From: an uncultured delta proteobacterium
Lineage (GTDB): Bacteria; Desulfobacterota; Binatia; HRBIN30; BPIQ01
DNA length: 64,000 nt
Reading direction: 5' to 3'
Assembly: GCA_963761335.1 (NCBI GenBank)
Contig: CAVXGR010000005.1
Location: 288,001-352,000, forward strand
This document shows positions 27,875-38,531 of the stretch, in pieces. Every line of letters begins with the position of its first letter. Position 1 is the stretch's first letter. The notes under the pieces are model-generated. The model did not search any database, was not told where the DNA came from, and saw only the letters and a program-made list of their open reading frames with translations. A program made the position numbers and the translations under genes.

Positions 27875-29047
27875 GTGGCCAGGATGGCCGCGCTCCCAGG
27901 CCATGGTGCCGCCGGGGGGGCGTCCGATGTTCGACGATTGCGTACTCGGTCCGTCGCCCGCGTCTGCCGCTGGAAGGCGCCGCGGGCCGGTATGGCCGTT
28001 GCTTGTAGGGAGTTGGGCCTGGGCGGTGGCATGCAGGGAAAGCGAATGGATCTCATCGGCGTCGAGGACGCCTCCCAGTGGCCGAGCGACGAGCCCGGCA
28101 GCCTCTGGTGCCTGGACGGCGAGCATCTCGGCAGCCGGCGACTGATTTTCGCGGAGATGACCGATCTCGAGGCGCGCATCGATGCGAGCAGACGGATGAC
28201 GCGATCGGCGGCGATTCTCTTGCTCGCGGTCGTGCTCATGACCGCGGCTCCGTGGCTGCTTGCGGGTGTGGGGCCGACGCCGCCGATCGTGACGGCCGCC
28301 GGAGCCGTGGTGCTGGCTGGGGGGAGCGCCTGGATGCTCGAGCTCTGGCGGCGGCGCCGCCTGCTGTGCCAGGACCTGATGGCCGGGCGGGTCGAGTGCT
28401 TCCGTACCGGGCCGTCACCCCGGTGCCTGTCGCGCCGCCTGGCGAGCGCGGCCTGCGAAGCCGGGCTGTCGCTCGACATCCTGCCCCGCTCCCGCAGCGT
28501 GTTCTGCATCGACGGCGCGCTGCAGAGCGCCTGGGTCGAGGTGAAGCTGTTTCGCGCCGTGGCGCCGCCGGTGTGCCCGCCGCTGCTGGGCCTGCCGCGC
28601 GCCATGGCCGCCCGGCTCGAGTCTCCGCGGGCGGCGCGGCGCCGGCGGCTGACGCGGCCGGAGGTGCGCGAGCTGAGGAATCACATCGGCCGCCTGCGCA
28701 CGCCCAGCTGGTCGCTGATCGGCATGACGGCCGTGTGCGGCGCGGCGCTGGTCGCGGCGGTCGGCGCGCAGCGCGCCGGCGAGCTGGCGCAATGGGGATG
28801 GCTGGCGGCCGGAGTGGCGGCTCCGCTGTCGGTGGCCACCATCGTCTTGCACGCGGCGCACTGGCGGGGCCGCATGCTGGCGCGGCGGCTCGTCTGTGAC
28901 TGTGACGACGAGTGGTTGGTGGTTCTGCCGCTGTCGGCAGAGGCGCCGCCGGACTCGCTCGAGGGCCACGTCGAGATCCTTCCGGTCTCGCGCACCATCT
29001 GGACGGCGGCGTGCCGGCCGGGGCGCTGGCGTTTGATGCGCGTGTGA
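27875..29047 (+). CDS. Hypothetical membrane protein with an internal duplication
   Basis: Two TM hairpins, each followed by an ILPxSR motif; start uncertain (may be ATG at 28031). Confidence 0.55.
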   Translation: MARMAALPGHGAAGGASDVRRLRTRSVARVCRWKAPRAGMAVACRELGLGGGMQGKRMDLIGVEDASQWPSDEPGSLWCLDGEHLGSRRLIFAEMTDLEARIDASRRMTRSAAILLLAVVLMTAAPWLLAGVGPTPPIVTAAGAVVLAGGSAWMLELWRRRRLLCQDLMAGRVECFRTGPSPRCLSRRLASAACEAGLSLDILPRSRSVFCIDGALQSAWVEVKLFRAVAPPVCPPLLGLPRAMAARLESPRAARRRRLTRPEVRELRNHIGRLRTPSWSLIGMTAVCGAALVAAVGAQRAGELAQWGWLAAGVAAPLSVATIVLHAAHWRGRMLARRLVCDCDDEWLVVLPLSAEAPPDSLEGHVEILPVSRTIWTAACRPGRWRLMRV

Positions 29048-29102
29048 GGTTTGGGTGGATTCCGGGTCACCGTCGGAGCTAACCTCGCTGCGGAGGAGCC
29101 CG

Positions 29103-30212
29103 ATGGAGTATCCGATCATCTCAGCCGATTCGCACGTCACCGAGCCGCCCAACACCTACGTCGACTACATTGATCCGCAGTGGCGCGAGCGGGCGCCGCG
29201 GCTGAAGGACATGGGCGATGCCGGCGACCTCTTCGTCATCGACGGCATGAGAACGCCGGTGCCGATGGGGCTGGTCGCCGCCGCGGGAAAGCCGGCGGAG
29301 CAGATCCGCATGGCCGGCGTGCGCTTCGCCGACCTGCACCGCGGCGGCTGGGATCCCCATGCCCGGCTCGAGGACCAGAAGCGCGACGGCGTCGCTGCCG
29401 AAGTGATCTATCCCACGGTCGGCATGCAGCTCTGCAACCACCCCGACTTCGACTACAAGAAGGCCTGCTTCGACGCCTACAACCGCTGGATGTCCGAGTA
29501 CTGCGCCGCCCATCCGCACCGCCTGATCGGCTGCGGGCAGACGGCGATGCGCTCGCCGGAGGAGGGCATCGAGGATCTGCGCCGCATCGCAGCGCTCGGC
29601 CTGCGCGGCGTCATGATGCCCGGCAACCCGGCGGTCGCCGACTACGACTCGCCCGCCTACGATCGCTTCTGGGACGCGGCCGTGGACATGGGCATGCCGC
29701 TCTCGTTTCACATCCTCACGACCCGAGAAGGCAGCCCGTCGCGCGGACCGATGATGAACCGCTTCCTCAGCGTCGTGCGCGGCTGCCAGGACATCATCGG
29801 CATGTTGATCCTCGGCGGCGTCTTCGAGCGTCACCCGCGGCTGAAGGTCGTCTGCGTCGAGGCCGACGCCGGCTGGGCACCGCACTTCATGTACCGTATG
29901 GACCACGCCTACAAGCGGCACCGCTTCTGGCTGCCCGCCGGGCAGAACCTCTCCAGGCTGCCGTCGGAGTATTTCGCCGAGAACGTCTACACGACCTTTC
30001 AGGACGACTGGGTCGCCTTCAAGGTCGCCGACCTGATGAACTGGCGCCGCCTCATGTGGGCCAACGACTTTCCCCACAGCGACTCCACCTGGCCGTGGTC
30101 GCAGGAGATGCTCGCCGAGCACGCCGCCGGCCTGCGCCCAGAGCAGCGCCAGGCGATTCTCAGCACCAACGTCGCCGAGCTCTACCACATCGACCTGACG
30201 GCGCTGGGCTGA
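29103..30212 (+). CDS. Amidohydrolase_2 family protein
   Basis: ISADSHVTEP, DGVAAEVIYPT, SFHI, VEADAGW and WANDFPHSD motifs. Confidence 0.92.
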   Translation: MEYPIISADSHVTEPPNTYVDYIDPQWRERAPRLKDMGDAGDLFVIDGMRTPVPMGLVAAAGKPAEQIRMAGVRFADLHRGGWDPHARLEDQKRDGVAAEVIYPTVGMQLCNHPDFDYKKACFDAYNRWMSEYCAAHPHRLIGCGQTAMRSPEEGIEDLRRIAALGLRGVMMPGNPAVADYDSPAYDRFWDAAVDMGMPLSFHILTTREGSPSRGPMMNRFLSVVRGCQDIIGMLILGGVFERHPRLKVVCVEADAGWAPHFMYRMDHAYKRHRFWLPAGQNLSRLPSEYFAENVYTTFQDDWVAFKVADLMNWRRLMWANDFPHSDSTWPWSQEMLAEHAAGLRPEQRQAILSTNVAELYHIDLTALG

Positions 30213-30220
30213 GTCGGGAG

Positions 30221-30693
30221 TGGGGACAGTGCCTCATGAGCCTTGCGGCTCGCCAGCAGGCGATGAAAATGAGGCCGGGGATCTGCGCCGGCAAGAGATT
30301 TGGAGGTTCTCGCCAGGGCGAAGTTCGCCCCGGAGGGGCGGTGGCGTGTAGCCCCGGGTGAAACCCGGGGAAGAATGCGCGCTCCGTCATGCGCGCCCCG
30401 CCAGGGGCGCGGGCAAGTTTTCGTCGATGTCACGCCTGTACGCCGATGATCACCGCTGGGTGCGTGGGAAGCTCATCCGAGGTGATTCACGCGGCCTCTA
30501 CGCCTGCGCCCCTGCGGGGCGCTGATCTGGGCCAATCGGAACGCGGTCCCCGGGTTGACACCCGGGGCTACATGCCTGCGCCCCTCCGGGGCGATGAGCT
30601 CCAGGCCAAGCGCCGAGGCGATAAGCTCCACGCCAAGCGCCGGGGCTCCGCCAGACCTTCACCCAAGACATTTTCGAAGCAGGCAACCCTTGC
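30221..30693. repeat. REP/BIME-like mosaic between convergent genes
   Basis: 30221-30370 matches 44127-44279 (direct); 30432-30693 matches 76-308 (inverted); family B REPs at 30348 and 30548. Confidence 0.85.
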
Positions 30694-30747
30694 GATCCAG
30701 CCGGGGGCGCCGCTGTTGATCCGATTGGCAAAAGCAGCCTTTCCCCA

Positions 30748-31173
30748 CTAGCGCAGGTGCAGGACCACGCGTACGGTGTCGTCGACGTCGGTGGCCTCGA
30801 TGTAACCGATGGCGTTGCGCTCGGCGGCGACATAGCGCTTCACGGCTTCGTCGGAGGAGAGCGTCGCCGGCGGGAAGATGCCGTGGAAGTACTGCTCGTT
30901 CCAGTACTCGGCGAAGCTCTGGCTGGTGCCGCCGAGCACGCGGCGCGAGAAGCTCTCGCGTGCGGTGGTGCCGGGCGGCTGGTTGAGCGGCAGGATGGGG
31001 GCGCCGTCGTCCCAGAAGCGCCGCTTCTTGAGATAGATCTCCGCCAGCTCTTCGGTGCCCAACCGATCGGCGCGCGCCGGATGCACGACGACGGCGATCG
31101 GCACGTGCTCTTCGGTGAAGGCGGCCGTCGACGCCAGCATCGCGGCGCAGAGTACGATGTACAGGCGGCGCAT
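30748..31173 (-). CDS. Small secreted phosphate-ABC-SBP-like protein
   Basis: Signal peptide; IAVVVHP, ELAEIYL, YW...F.G..PP and NAIGYI motifs. Confidence 0.75.
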   Translation of the reverse strand: MRRLYIVLCAAMLASTAAFTEEHVPIAVVVHPARADRLGTEELAEIYLKKRRFWDDGAPILPLNQPPGTTARESFSRRVLGGTSQSFAEYWNEQYFHGIFPPATLSSDEAVKRYVAAERNAIGYIEATDVDDTVRVVLHLR

Positions 31174-31174
31174 C

Positions 31175-32287
31175 TCAGAAGAGCACGGCGACGGACGACT
31201 TGATTCCCGGCGGCGACTCCGCGGCGGGATGGTCGGCGAGGAGATACTCGGCCTTGAGCACCACGTAGGGAAGCGGCTTGAAGGCGAGGCCGAGGATGAT
31301 CAGGTTGACCTCCGGCTGCGGTGGCCGCTGGTCGAAGTGCTCGTAGCGCTGCACCAGGTAACCGCGTTCGGTGACCCGCATGACGTTCTGGACATAGAGG
31401 CCCCACTGCGGTGGCAGGGGTCCGGTCGAGTCGACGTAGACGAACTCGCCCATCATCTCGAGCGGGCCCTGCCGCCAGAGGGCGTCGAGCCCGCCGAGGT
31501 GCTGCCACTCGCCGCGGTCGAGAAAGCTCAGCACCGAGGCGCCGAGCGAAGGGCCGCGATGCGGGGTGAACTCCAGCCGCGCCCCGGCGCCGCGCTCCAT
31601 CGACTGCGGCTGTGGCACCGGATCGAGCGAATCGACGAACTGGCCGTAGGCGGCGTAGGTCACCGTCCCCGATGACGGGAAGACGGAGCCGTGGAGCATT
31701 GCTCCGGTGGTGTGGCTGTCGAAGGGGATCAGGGTTGCCAGCGGGCGAGAGGTGGTCCACACCAGCGGCTGGGCATGGATGACGTTCCAGCGGCCGACCG
31801 GAGTGAGAAACTTGCCGACACGCAGCTCGAGCGCGTCGGAGGCGAGCAGCTCGCCGTACAGACGCTCGGCGATGAAGCGGGTGTCGGCGCTGCCGCCGCG
31901 TCCGCGATCGTCGAGGCGCAGCAGGTCCTCGACCTCGAGCTCCGAGAAGATGTGCAGGTGCGGCGTCGGGTGGGCAATGACGAAGAGACTCAGATCGTCG
32001 AGCTGCAGCTCGGCGGGGCCGCCCTCGTCGCGGGTCAGGTTCAAATTGCCGTAGCCGCCGAGGGTGAGCCCCGTGTCGCCGAGTTGCAGGCCGCGCCCGG
32101 GCGTGTAGAGTAGCGGCCCGAACGGGGAAGGGGCCGGGCAGGAGAAGCCTTCCGGCGCTCCGGCGCGTTCGCCCTGCGGCGCGCCAGAGGCCGGGAATCC
32201 ACAGAAAAAGAGCGTGGCGGCGGTGAGAAGGACGGCCGCCCGAATGCGAGGCCGGCGGCCGCTGTGGCGGTGGCGGATCTTTTGCAT
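31175..32287 (-). CDS. Porin-like outer-membrane beta-barrel protein
   Basis: Signal-like segment, FSELEVE, LRVGKFLTPVG, LKAEY, C-terminal Phe; start MQKIRH chosen from the upstream promoter. Confidence 0.7.
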   Translation of the reverse strand: MQKIRHRHSGRRPRIRAAVLLTAATLFFCGFPASGAPQGERAGAPEGFSCPAPSPFGPLLYTPGRGLQLGDTGLTLGGYGNLNLTRDEGGPAELQLDDLSLFVIAHPTPHLHIFSELEVEDLLRLDDRGRGGSADTRFIAERLYGELLASDALELRVGKFLTPVGRWNVIHAQPLVWTTSRPLATLIPFDSHTTGAMLHGSVFPSSGTVTYAAYGQFVDSLDPVPQPQSMERGAGARLEFTPHRGPSLGASVLSFLDRGEWQHLGGLDALWRQGPLEMMGEFVYVDSTGPLPPQWGLYVQNVMRVTERGYLVQRYEHFDQRPPQPEVNLIILGLAFKPLPYVVLKAEYLLADHPAAESPPGIKSSVAVLF

Positions 32288-32311
32288 TTGGGACGGCGGG
32301 CGTTCCACTAG

Positions 32312-32327
32312 TGCAATTCCGCCGCCA
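32312..32327 (-). promoter_or_regulatory. Candidate sigma54 promoter for the porin/SBP genes
   Basis: Minus strand TGGCGGCGGAATTGCA (GG-N10-GC with TTGCA). Confidence 0.45.
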
Positions 32328-32448
32328 GGGAAAGAGATGAGCCTTCGCATGCCTACTCGCATCAATCGCTGGGCCGGTTTTCCCGTGTCTGCCTCGGCGT
32401 TCCCGGCGCCGGGGATCTGACCGGAGTCGTTTGGCGTTCCTTCCTCTC

Positions 32449-34220
32449 ATGCGATCGCTGCGCGCCAAGCTCATTCTATTCTCGGTGCTGCTGGTGCTCG
32501 TGCCGGGTCTGGTCTTCGCCTTCATGGCGATCGCCTCGGTGCGCCGCGCTCTGGAGTACAGTGTCGGCCGCCAGCTGGCGGAGGTCGCTCACGACACCGC
32601 GGCGGAGATGTCGGAGATGCTGGGGCGCGAGCAGAGGAACATCGGGACCTGGGCGCGGCAGGGCGTCATGCGCGAGATCGCCATCGGCGATCTCGACAAG
32701 CAGATCTCGCGATTTCTCCTCTCTCTGAAGGAGAGCGACGCCTACCTCGACCTCCTGTGCACCGACGCCTCCGGGCGCGTCGTCGCTTCCAGCAATGCGA
32801 CCCTGCTCGGAGCCAGCTTCGCGGGCGCGCCCTGGGCGTCGTCCTCGCTGGCGGGCCGCTCCCATCTCGCCGGGCCGGTGGACTGGCCCGGATACCCGGA
32901 CAAGGTCCTGGAGATCGCCGTGCCGATCTACGATCCCGATCACGGCGGCTCGGTCATCGGCGCCCTTCTCGGCCTCTACGACTGGCGACGGGGCACGGCC
33001 TTCACCTCGCGCATTCAGAGGAACTCGGCGGTGCTCGATCTGCGCGTGGATGTTCTGGTCATCGACGACGGTGGCAGAGTGATCGCTGCGGCGCCGACTT
33101 CCGGAGATCGGGACCTGCTCGGCCGCGACCTGCGCGCCGCCGGCTGGGTGTCGGCGCAGCCACAGCCTCCGGCACCGCGACGCGGCTATCTGCGCGAGCC
33201 GAGAGCCGACGTGCTTCTCGGCTTTGCCGGTCTGCCTCTGGGGCGACCGCAGTGGACGACTCTGGTGACGCAGCCGGTGAACGAGGCCTTCGCTCCGGTG
33301 TATCGGCTCCAACGCCGGCTGCTGCTCGTGCTCGGCGGCGTCTTCATGGCCGCCGTCGGCGTCGCCGTTCTGCTCTCCGATCGCATGAGCCGACCATTGC
33401 GGGCCCTTATCGCCGCCACGCGCGAGATGGCGCGCACCGGGGCGGCACGGACGGTGTCGGCGCGCTCGCACGACGAGATCGGCGAGCTGGCCCGCGCCTT
33501 CAACCAGATGACGGCGCGCCTGAAGCAGGCCCAGGAAGAGCTGGTTGGTGCCGCCAAGTTCGCTTTCGTCGGCGAGGTGGCGGCGGGTGTGGCGCACGAG
33601 GTGCGCACTCCGCTGAGCATCATGCGCAGCTCGGCGCAGCTCCTCGGCCGGGCGCTGCCGCCGGACCAACCGCAGAGCGCCGAGCTCATCGAGATGATCG
33701 TCGGCGAGACGGACCGCCTGGAGCGCGTCGTTGCCCGCCTGCTGGAGCTGGCGCGACCGCAGCCGCCGGCGATCGAGCCCACCTCTCTTGCCGCGGTCCT
33801 CGAGCGCGCCGCCGAGTTCGCCGAGGCACAGGCGTGCAAGCAGGGCGTGCGCATCCACCGGCGCACCGCGGGCGCGCCGGCGGCGCTCTGCGATCCCCGG
33901 CAGATCTATCAGGTGGCCCTCAATCTGGTGGTCAACGCCCTTCAGGCGATGCCCTCGGGAGGCGAAATCACCCTGCGTGCTTACGCCGGGCCTCTGGGGC
34001 GGGTCGGCTTCGAGGTGCGCGACAACGGCCCGGGGATTTCCCCCGAGGTGCGGGAGCGAATCTTCACGCCGTTCTTCACCTCGCGCGAGGGCGGCACCGG
34101 TCTCGGCCTGGCCTTGGTGCAGCGCATGGTGCAGGCGCAGCACGGCACGGTCACCGTGAGCAGCGAGCTCGGCATCGGCAGCATCTTCCGCGTCGATCTG
34201 CCGGCCGCGGAGGAGGCGAC

Positions 34221-34224
<4 letters not shown>
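32449..34224 (+). CDS. Sensor histidine kinase (Cache-like periplasmic domain, HAMP)
   Basis: Two TMs; DEIGELA, VAHEVRTPL, NALQA, DNGPGI and GTGLGL motifs. Confidence 0.92.
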
Positions 34225-35573
<1,349 letters not shown>

Positions 35574-35643
35574 GGGGGATGGGTGTTGAGGTGTTGTAAG
35601 TTCCGCGCCCCGGCAGGGGGCGGGCATGTAGCCCCGGGTGAAA

Positions 35644-35764
35644 GAGGTTGTCTCAAAACCGGAGTAGAAGCGCCGTCCCGGCGCTTTCCGAAGCGGCGAG
35701 ACGCCGCTTCTACTTGGCCCGCGAGCCGGCGGGAATCGTCTTGAAGGCGTTTTGAAATAACCTC
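35644..35764. mobile_element. MITE-like element with 16-bp terminal inverted repeats, carrying a REP doublet
   Basis: GAGGTTGTCTCAAAAC ... GTTTTGAAATAACCTC (14/16 match); interior is one unit of the 85-bp array; flanked by two inverted half-REPs ending GTGAAA. Confidence 0.65.
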
Positions 35765-35940
35765 TTTCACCCGGGGCTACATGCCTGCGCCCCTACCGGG
35801 GCGCGGGAAGAGATCAACGCGGCGATCGCCTGCAATCTCTTGCGGCGGTCGGGCCATGACCCCGCAATGCGCTGCAGGGATTTCCCTTTGACGCGGTTGC
35901 GTCGATCGGACTTCTGGCGCGCTGCAATGCGCGTCCGGGC

Positions 35941-35957
35941 TTGGCAGAGCTCTTGCG
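35941..35957 (+). promoter_or_regulatory. Candidate sigma54 promoter of the multiheme cytochrome gene
   Basis: TTGGCAGAGCTCTTGCG (GG-N10-GC); YGCA-N6-TGCR boxes at 35831 and 35863. Confidence 0.7.
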
Positions 35958-36058
35958 TAAGAACCTCGACGTGGCGTCGCTCGGCGGCCACGGGCCGTAC
36001 TCCTTCCCACGAGCAAACGTCCTTCAGCGTACGATTGGGTCCGAATCGAGGAGCACAG

Positions 36059-38422
36059 ATGTCTGCAGCGCATGACAATCGCGAACGGCGCCGCCTGCGC
36101 GCCTCCCTCGTTCTCCTTCTGGCGATGACCGTGTTGGCGTCCGCCGCCGACGCCGCTCAGTGGACCATCGTCGGCTGGAACAACCTCGGAATGCACTGCA
36201 TGGACGGAGACTACTCGGTCCTCTCGCTGCTGCCGCCGTACAGTACCATCCACGCGCAGGTGGTGGATGCGCAGGGGCGGCGCGTGACTGACCCGGCCGC
36301 GGCCGGAATCTCGGTCACCTACGAAGCCATCGCCGACCCGGACGGCTCCATCAACACGACCTCGGCGGGGAAGACCAACTTCTGGGACCACGTCCAGGCG
36401 CTGTTCGGCGTCTCCCTTCCCGTCGATGTCGGGCTCATCGGCCCGGCCATGCCGGGCGCCGCCAACCTTCCCCAGCCGATGACGTACGACACGGCCTCCG
36501 GCTGGTTCATCGCCGAGGGTATCCCGCTCACCCCGTACGACGACTCCGGGAGGAAGAACACCTATCCGATGATGCGCCTGTCGGTGCGCGACAGCCGCGG
36601 CGCCGTGATGGCGACCACCGACATCGTCCTGCCGGTTTCGGACGAGATGGACTGCAGCGGCTGTCACTCGTCGAGCTCGGGCCCGGCGGCGCGGCCGTAC
36701 GAGGGGTGGGTCAACGACCCGGATCCGCAGCGCGACATGCGCCTCAACATTCTGCGGCTGCACGACGAGCGGGAGCAGAGCAACCCGGCCTTTCAGGCGG
36801 CTCTGGACCCGGCGAAGTACAATCCCGCCGGACTGTTCGCCACCGTGATGCAGGACAAGCGCTCGATCCTCTGCGCCGACTGCCACCTCTCTGAGGCGCT
36901 TCCCGGCAGCGGCCGTCCCGGCGTGTCGCCGTTGACCCAGGCAATCCACCGGCGGATGGCGTTCACCATCGATCCGCTGACCAACCTGCCGCTCGACGCC
37001 ACCGAGAACCGCTCCGCCTGTTATCGCTGCCACCCGGGATCGGAGACGCGCTGCCTGCGCGGCGCCATGGGCGCCGCCGTCGCCGCCGACGGCACCCTGG
37101 CGATGCAGTGCCAGAGCTGCCACGGCTCGATGATGCAGGTGGCGTCCCCGAGCCGTACCGGCTGGCTGGACGAGCCGTCGTGCGAGAACTGCCACACCGG
37201 CACGGCGACCCGCAACAATGGTGAGATCCGCTACCTCTCCGCGTTCGATACGGGCGGCGTTCGCCGTGTCGCCGCGGACCGCACCTTCGCCACCAACGCC
37301 GACACTCCCGGCCCGGGCTTCTCGCTCTTCCGCTTCTCCGCCGGCCACGGCGGCCTCAAATGCGAGGCCTGCCACGGCTCCACCCACGCCATCTTTCCGA
37401 GCATCCACGCCAACGACAACGTCCAGAGTCAGGAGATCCAGGGACACGTCGGCGTGCTCGCCGAGTGCACCTCCTGTCACGCCAGCGTGCCGAGCACGGT
37501 CAATGGCGGGCCGCACGGCCTGCACCCGCTCGGCCAGGCCTGGGTGCAGCGCCACGGCGACGCCGCCGAGGGCAGCCGCACGCAGTGCCAGAGCTGCCAC
37601 GGTGCCGATTATCGCGGCACGGTGCTGTCGCGTTCGCAGGCGGATCGAACCCTGTCGACGGCGTTCGGCACGAAGAGCTTCTGGCGCGGCTTCCAGGTCG
37701 GATGCTACGCCTGTCACAACGGCCCGAACAGCGAGCAGCGCAACCCGAATCGACCCGCCGTGGTCAGCGACGCCTCCGTCGGGACGACGGTCGACGTGGC
37801 GGTGACCGTGAGCTTGATGGCCAGCGATGCCGACGGCAACAGTCTCACGCTGCGCGTCGTCAACCAACCGCAGCACGGTGCCGTCGGCTTGGTGGGCGCG
37901 CAGGCGACCTACTATCCGGAGAAGGGATTCAGCGGTAGCGACTCGTTCCGCTTCGCCGCCTGGGACGGCTCCATCGACTCGAACCTCGGCACTGTGTTCG
38001 TCACCGTCGGCGGCGTCGCCGCATCGCCGACGGCGACGCGTACCTCGCTGCCGGCGACCGGCGCGCCGACGTCGACGAGGACGCGCACGCCGACCCCGAC
38101 GCGCGCCGCAACGTCGGTCCGCACCCCGACCCGCACCCCGACCCGCACCGCAACGCCGGTGCGCACCCCGACTCGCACGCTCACGCCGGCGCGCACCCGC
38201 ACGCCGACGATCGCGCGCATGCCGACCCGTTCGATGACGGCGACGCGCACGCGCACGCCGGCGGCCACGCGCACCCCGACGCGGCGCCCGCGCCCGACGC
38301 GCATCCGCACCTCGACGCCAACTCCGCGCCGGGGAGAAGCGGAGGGCGAGGACCGCGCCGCAGCGCCGGCCGACAACCCGCAGTCGTGGCGCTGGCGCAT
38401 CTGGTCGCGCCTGCGGCGGTGA
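36059..38422 (+). CDS. Exported nonaheme c-type cytochrome with Ig-like domain and Thr/Pro/Arg-rich tail
   Basis: Signal peptide; NNLGMHC; nine CxxCH (CSGCH, CADCH, CYRCH, CQSCH, CENCH, CEACH, CTSCH, CQSCH, CYACH); ASDADG...GSDSF module. Confidence 0.9.
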   Translation: MSAAHDNRERRRLRASLVLLLAMTVLASAADAAQWTIVGWNNLGMHCMDGDYSVLSLLPPYSTIHAQVVDAQGRRVTDPAAAGISVTYEAIADPDGSINTTSAGKTNFWDHVQALFGVSLPVDVGLIGPAMPGAANLPQPMTYDTASGWFIAEGIPLTPYDDSGRKNTYPMMRLSVRDSRGAVMATTDIVLPVSDEMDCSGCHSSSSGPAARPYEGWVNDPDPQRDMRLNILRLHDEREQSNPAFQAALDPAKYNPAGLFATVMQDKRSILCADCHLSEALPGSGRPGVSPLTQAIHRRMAFTIDPLTNLPLDATENRSACYRCHPGSETRCLRGAMGAAVAADGTLAMQCQSCHGSMMQVASPSRTGWLDEPSCENCHTGTATRNNGEIRYLSAFDTGGVRRVAADRTFATNADTPGPGFSLFRFSAGHGGLKCEACHGSTHAIFPSIHANDNVQSQEIQGHVGVLAECTSCHASVPSTVNGGPHGLHPLGQAWVQRHGDAAEGSRTQCQSCHGADYRGTVLSRSQADRTLSTAFGTKSFWRGFQVGCYACHNGPNSEQRNPNRPAVVSDASVGTTVDVAVTVSLMASDADGNSLTLRVVNQPQHGAVGLVGAQATYYPEKGFSGSDSFRFAAWDGSIDSNLGTVFVTVGGVAASPTATRTSLPATGAPTSTRTRTPTPTRAATSVRTPTRTPTRTATPVRTPTRTLTPARTRTPTIARMPTRSMTATRTRTPAATRTPTRRPRPTRIRTSTPTPRRGEAEGEDRAAAPADNPQSWRWRIWSRLRR

Positions 38423-38531
38423 TGGCTGCGCGGGTTGGCGCGAGTGAACAACGTCGGTTGAACGTTGTGCGCCCCTCGACCCTTCGACATGTCAGCCGTG
38501 ATGAAAGCGCGCGACGTCGCCCGGGGTTTCA

